Program-made: the position numbers and the translations under genes
Assembly: GCA_046727155.1 (NCBI GenBank)
Contig: JBKPCB010000014.1
Span: forward strand, 22,695 to 86,694
Source: Candidatus Methylomirabilota bacterium
Lineage (GTDB): Bacteria; Methylomirabilota; Methylomirabilia; Rokubacteriales; CSP1-6
Direction of reading: 5' to 3'
DNA: 64,000 nucleotides
Shown here: positions 62,702 to 64,000 of the stretch, piece by piece
How positions within the stretch are numbered: position 1 is the first letter of the stretch
Layout of the letters: every line of letters starts with the position of its first letter
The notes under the pieces: model-generated
Databases searched by the model: none
What the model was told of the DNA's origin: nothing
What the model saw: the letters and a program-made list of their open reading frames with translations, nothing else

Positions 62702-64000
62702 TCAGATCTCGCGGTAGAAGAGCAGGATCAGGCCGATGAGGAGCAGCGAAATCGCCCAGATCCAGCCCGGGATCCGGCCATCCTCCTCCGGTAGCCTCAA
62801 CTCCAGCCAGCGCCCCCAGCCGAGGAACACCGCCAGAATGCCCATGGGGGCATGCGAGACCTCGGCCAGGAACTCGTACTTCAGGTTGAACATCGCGTGC
62901 GAGTGCGTCAAGAGAATCGCGCCCCCGACGGCGCAGAGGATGGGGAAGAGGTACTGCCAGCCGGGCCGCGTCAGCCGGCCGATCCGCACCAGCCATTCGA
63001 AGACCGCGAGGCCGATGATCAGCAGCACCACCAGCCGATGCTGCAGCACGTCGGGCAGGATCATGCTCTCCCAGAAGCCGGCGGGGCCCAGCGGCCAGGC
63101 CCGCGGGTCATTGCGGAAGAAGAGGAACGTGGCGAGCCCGAGGAAGAGCAGCGGCCAGTGCCGCGCCCACCGGACGCGCCGGGTCCGGTCCAGCACGGCG
63201 AGGATGCCCATCAGGAAGACGAAGAAGCCCGCGGTGTGGTGATTGTATTCCGACCACGCGTACTCCTCGGGCTGGCGCGTGGCCAGGGTGTCGGCGATGG
63301 GCGCCGCCGCCGCCAGCAGCGCGCCCACGGGCGGCGAGGTCAGCCGCGGCGGCTTCGGCACGAAGCGAGCGGCGACCTCGGCCGGCGTGGCGCGGTCGGC
63401 CACGACGTCGATCGCCGGCGGCAGGGACGTCAGCGAGGCGGCTGCGAGCAGCAGAGTGATGCCGATCCCGACCTCGGCTTCGATGAAGGCGGGCACGCGC
63501 GTGGCGATTCCGAGCGCCCGCTCCGGGCGGCGGAGCAGCCAGAAATTCAGGGCACCGAGCGCCACGGCGGCCAGGAGGAGCGCCACCTTGGTCAAAACCA
63601 TGACGCCGTAGCCGGTGCCGATGAGGCCGTCCCAGCTGCCGACATACCTCCAGGTCAGGTAGAGGCCCGGGCCCAGCACGAGCGCCATGGCCGCCAGCGC
63701 CACGGCCGAGAATCGGGCGAGCACCCGTGGCCCGAGCGAGGCCGCCTCGGAATCCTCGCCGGCACGGGCGCGCCGCCAGAGCAAGGCAAAGCCCACGAGA
63801 TGAATGACCCCGCCCGCCCAGACCGCGGCGCCCAGCTGGTGCAGCACGGTGACGGCCATGAGCGGCGCGCGCCCCTCGAGGCGGCTCACCGCATGAGCGA
63901 GCCAGGCCGCGTCGAGCATCAGCAGCGCGGCGAGTGACAGGGCCGCGCCCCAGCGGACGCGGGAGTGGTGCCGCTCGACGAGCCACAGCGCCGCGGCCAT
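62702..64000 (-). CDS. CopD-family polytopic membrane protein; 5' end beyond window
   Basis: Multiple TM helices with CopD-like conserved His/Trp positions. The ORF is open to the window edge. Confidence 0.6.
   Translation of the reverse strand: MAAALWLVERHHSRVRWGAALSLAALLMLDAAWLAHAVSRLEGRAPLMAVTVLHQLGAAVWAGGVIHLVGFALLWRRARAGEDSEAASLGPRVLARFSAVALAAMALVLGPGLYLTWRYVGSWDGLIGTGYGVMVLTKVALLLAAVALGALNFWLLRRPERALGIATRVPAFIEAEVGIGITLLLAAASLTSLPPAIDVVADRATPAEVAARFVPKPPRLTSPPVGALLAAAAPIADTLATRQPEEYAWSEYNHHTAGFFVFLMGILAVLDRTRRVRWARHWPLLFLGLATFLFFRNDPRAWPLGPAGFWESMILPDVLQHRLVVLLIIGLAVFEWLVRIGRLTRPGWQYLFPILCAVGGAILLTHSHAMFNLKYEFLAEVSHAPMGILAVFLGWGRWLELRLPEEDGRIPGWIWAISLLLIGLILLFYREI

Noticed and set aside
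1-64000. CRISPR arrays, transposases, integrases, phage genes, rRNA/tRNA
   Set aside because: No short regularly spaced direct repeats, no DDE/tyrosine-recombinase-like ORFs and no RNA-gene-like regions were seen. The window appears to be core or accessory metabolic chromosome.

Overview
This is a high-GC (roughly 65-70 %), densely coding bacterial chromosomal segment with about 62 protein genes on both strands. Many genes share 1-4-nt start/stop overlaps. I saw no rRNA, tRNA, CRISPR array, transposase or integrase. It divides into four neighbourhoods.

(1) 1-21.3 kb is a sulfur/organosulfonate-looking island. It holds a periplasmic sulfite dehydrogenase with its c-type cytochrome, two TauE/SafE sulfite-exporter paralogs and a NitT/TauT-type ABC importer. 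That importer has one binding protein, two permeases and two ATPases, one of which carries an N-terminal cyclic-nucleotide-binding domain. Next comes a four-component Rieske oxygenase whose Rieske ferredoxin is fused to a second cyclic-nucleotide-binding domain, then a GntR regulator and a small C1-type module (cyclodeaminase-family protein, PanB-like, OFA-type MFS). The island ends with a flavocytochrome-c sulfide dehydrogenase pair.

(2) 21.4-26 kb carries a ThrC-family PLP enzyme, an EF-G paralog and a secreted beta-propeller protein.

(3) 26-50.3 kb is a hopanoid locus. It contains an FAH-family gene, ispH, an outer-membrane barrel, two Zn-ADHs, a squalene/phytoene-synthase-family gene, hpnA, hpnG, hpnH, shc, mlaEFD plus an MlaC/HpnM-like gene, an LPG-synthase-TM (HpnL-like) protein and hpnN. 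Embedded in it is a complete-looking phosphonate and inositol-phosphate head-group module. This comprises a PEP mutase fused to a nucleotidyltransferase, phosphonopyruvate decarboxylase, a second nucleotidyltransferase, a CDP-alcohol phosphatidyltransferase with a novel N-terminal domain, and myo-inositol-1-phosphate synthase. This is the most interesting candidate system: a possible phosphonate- and/or inositol-decorated membrane lipid, perhaps a hopanoid.

(4) 50.3-64 kb holds a malate-synthase-family gene, a 2OG oxygenase and a molybdopterin oxidoreductase in one minus-strand operon. It also carries transporters (BT1, MFS), SDR, VOC, NagB/Pgl-like, AKR and CopD-family genes.

Separately, a roughly 115-130-nt intergenic element recurs in at least three, probably four, copies. 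Two copies are more than 90 % identical and run exactly from the upstream stop codon to the downstream start codon, a MIRU-like arrangement. All functional calls come from reading the translated ORFs by eye; no database searches were run.
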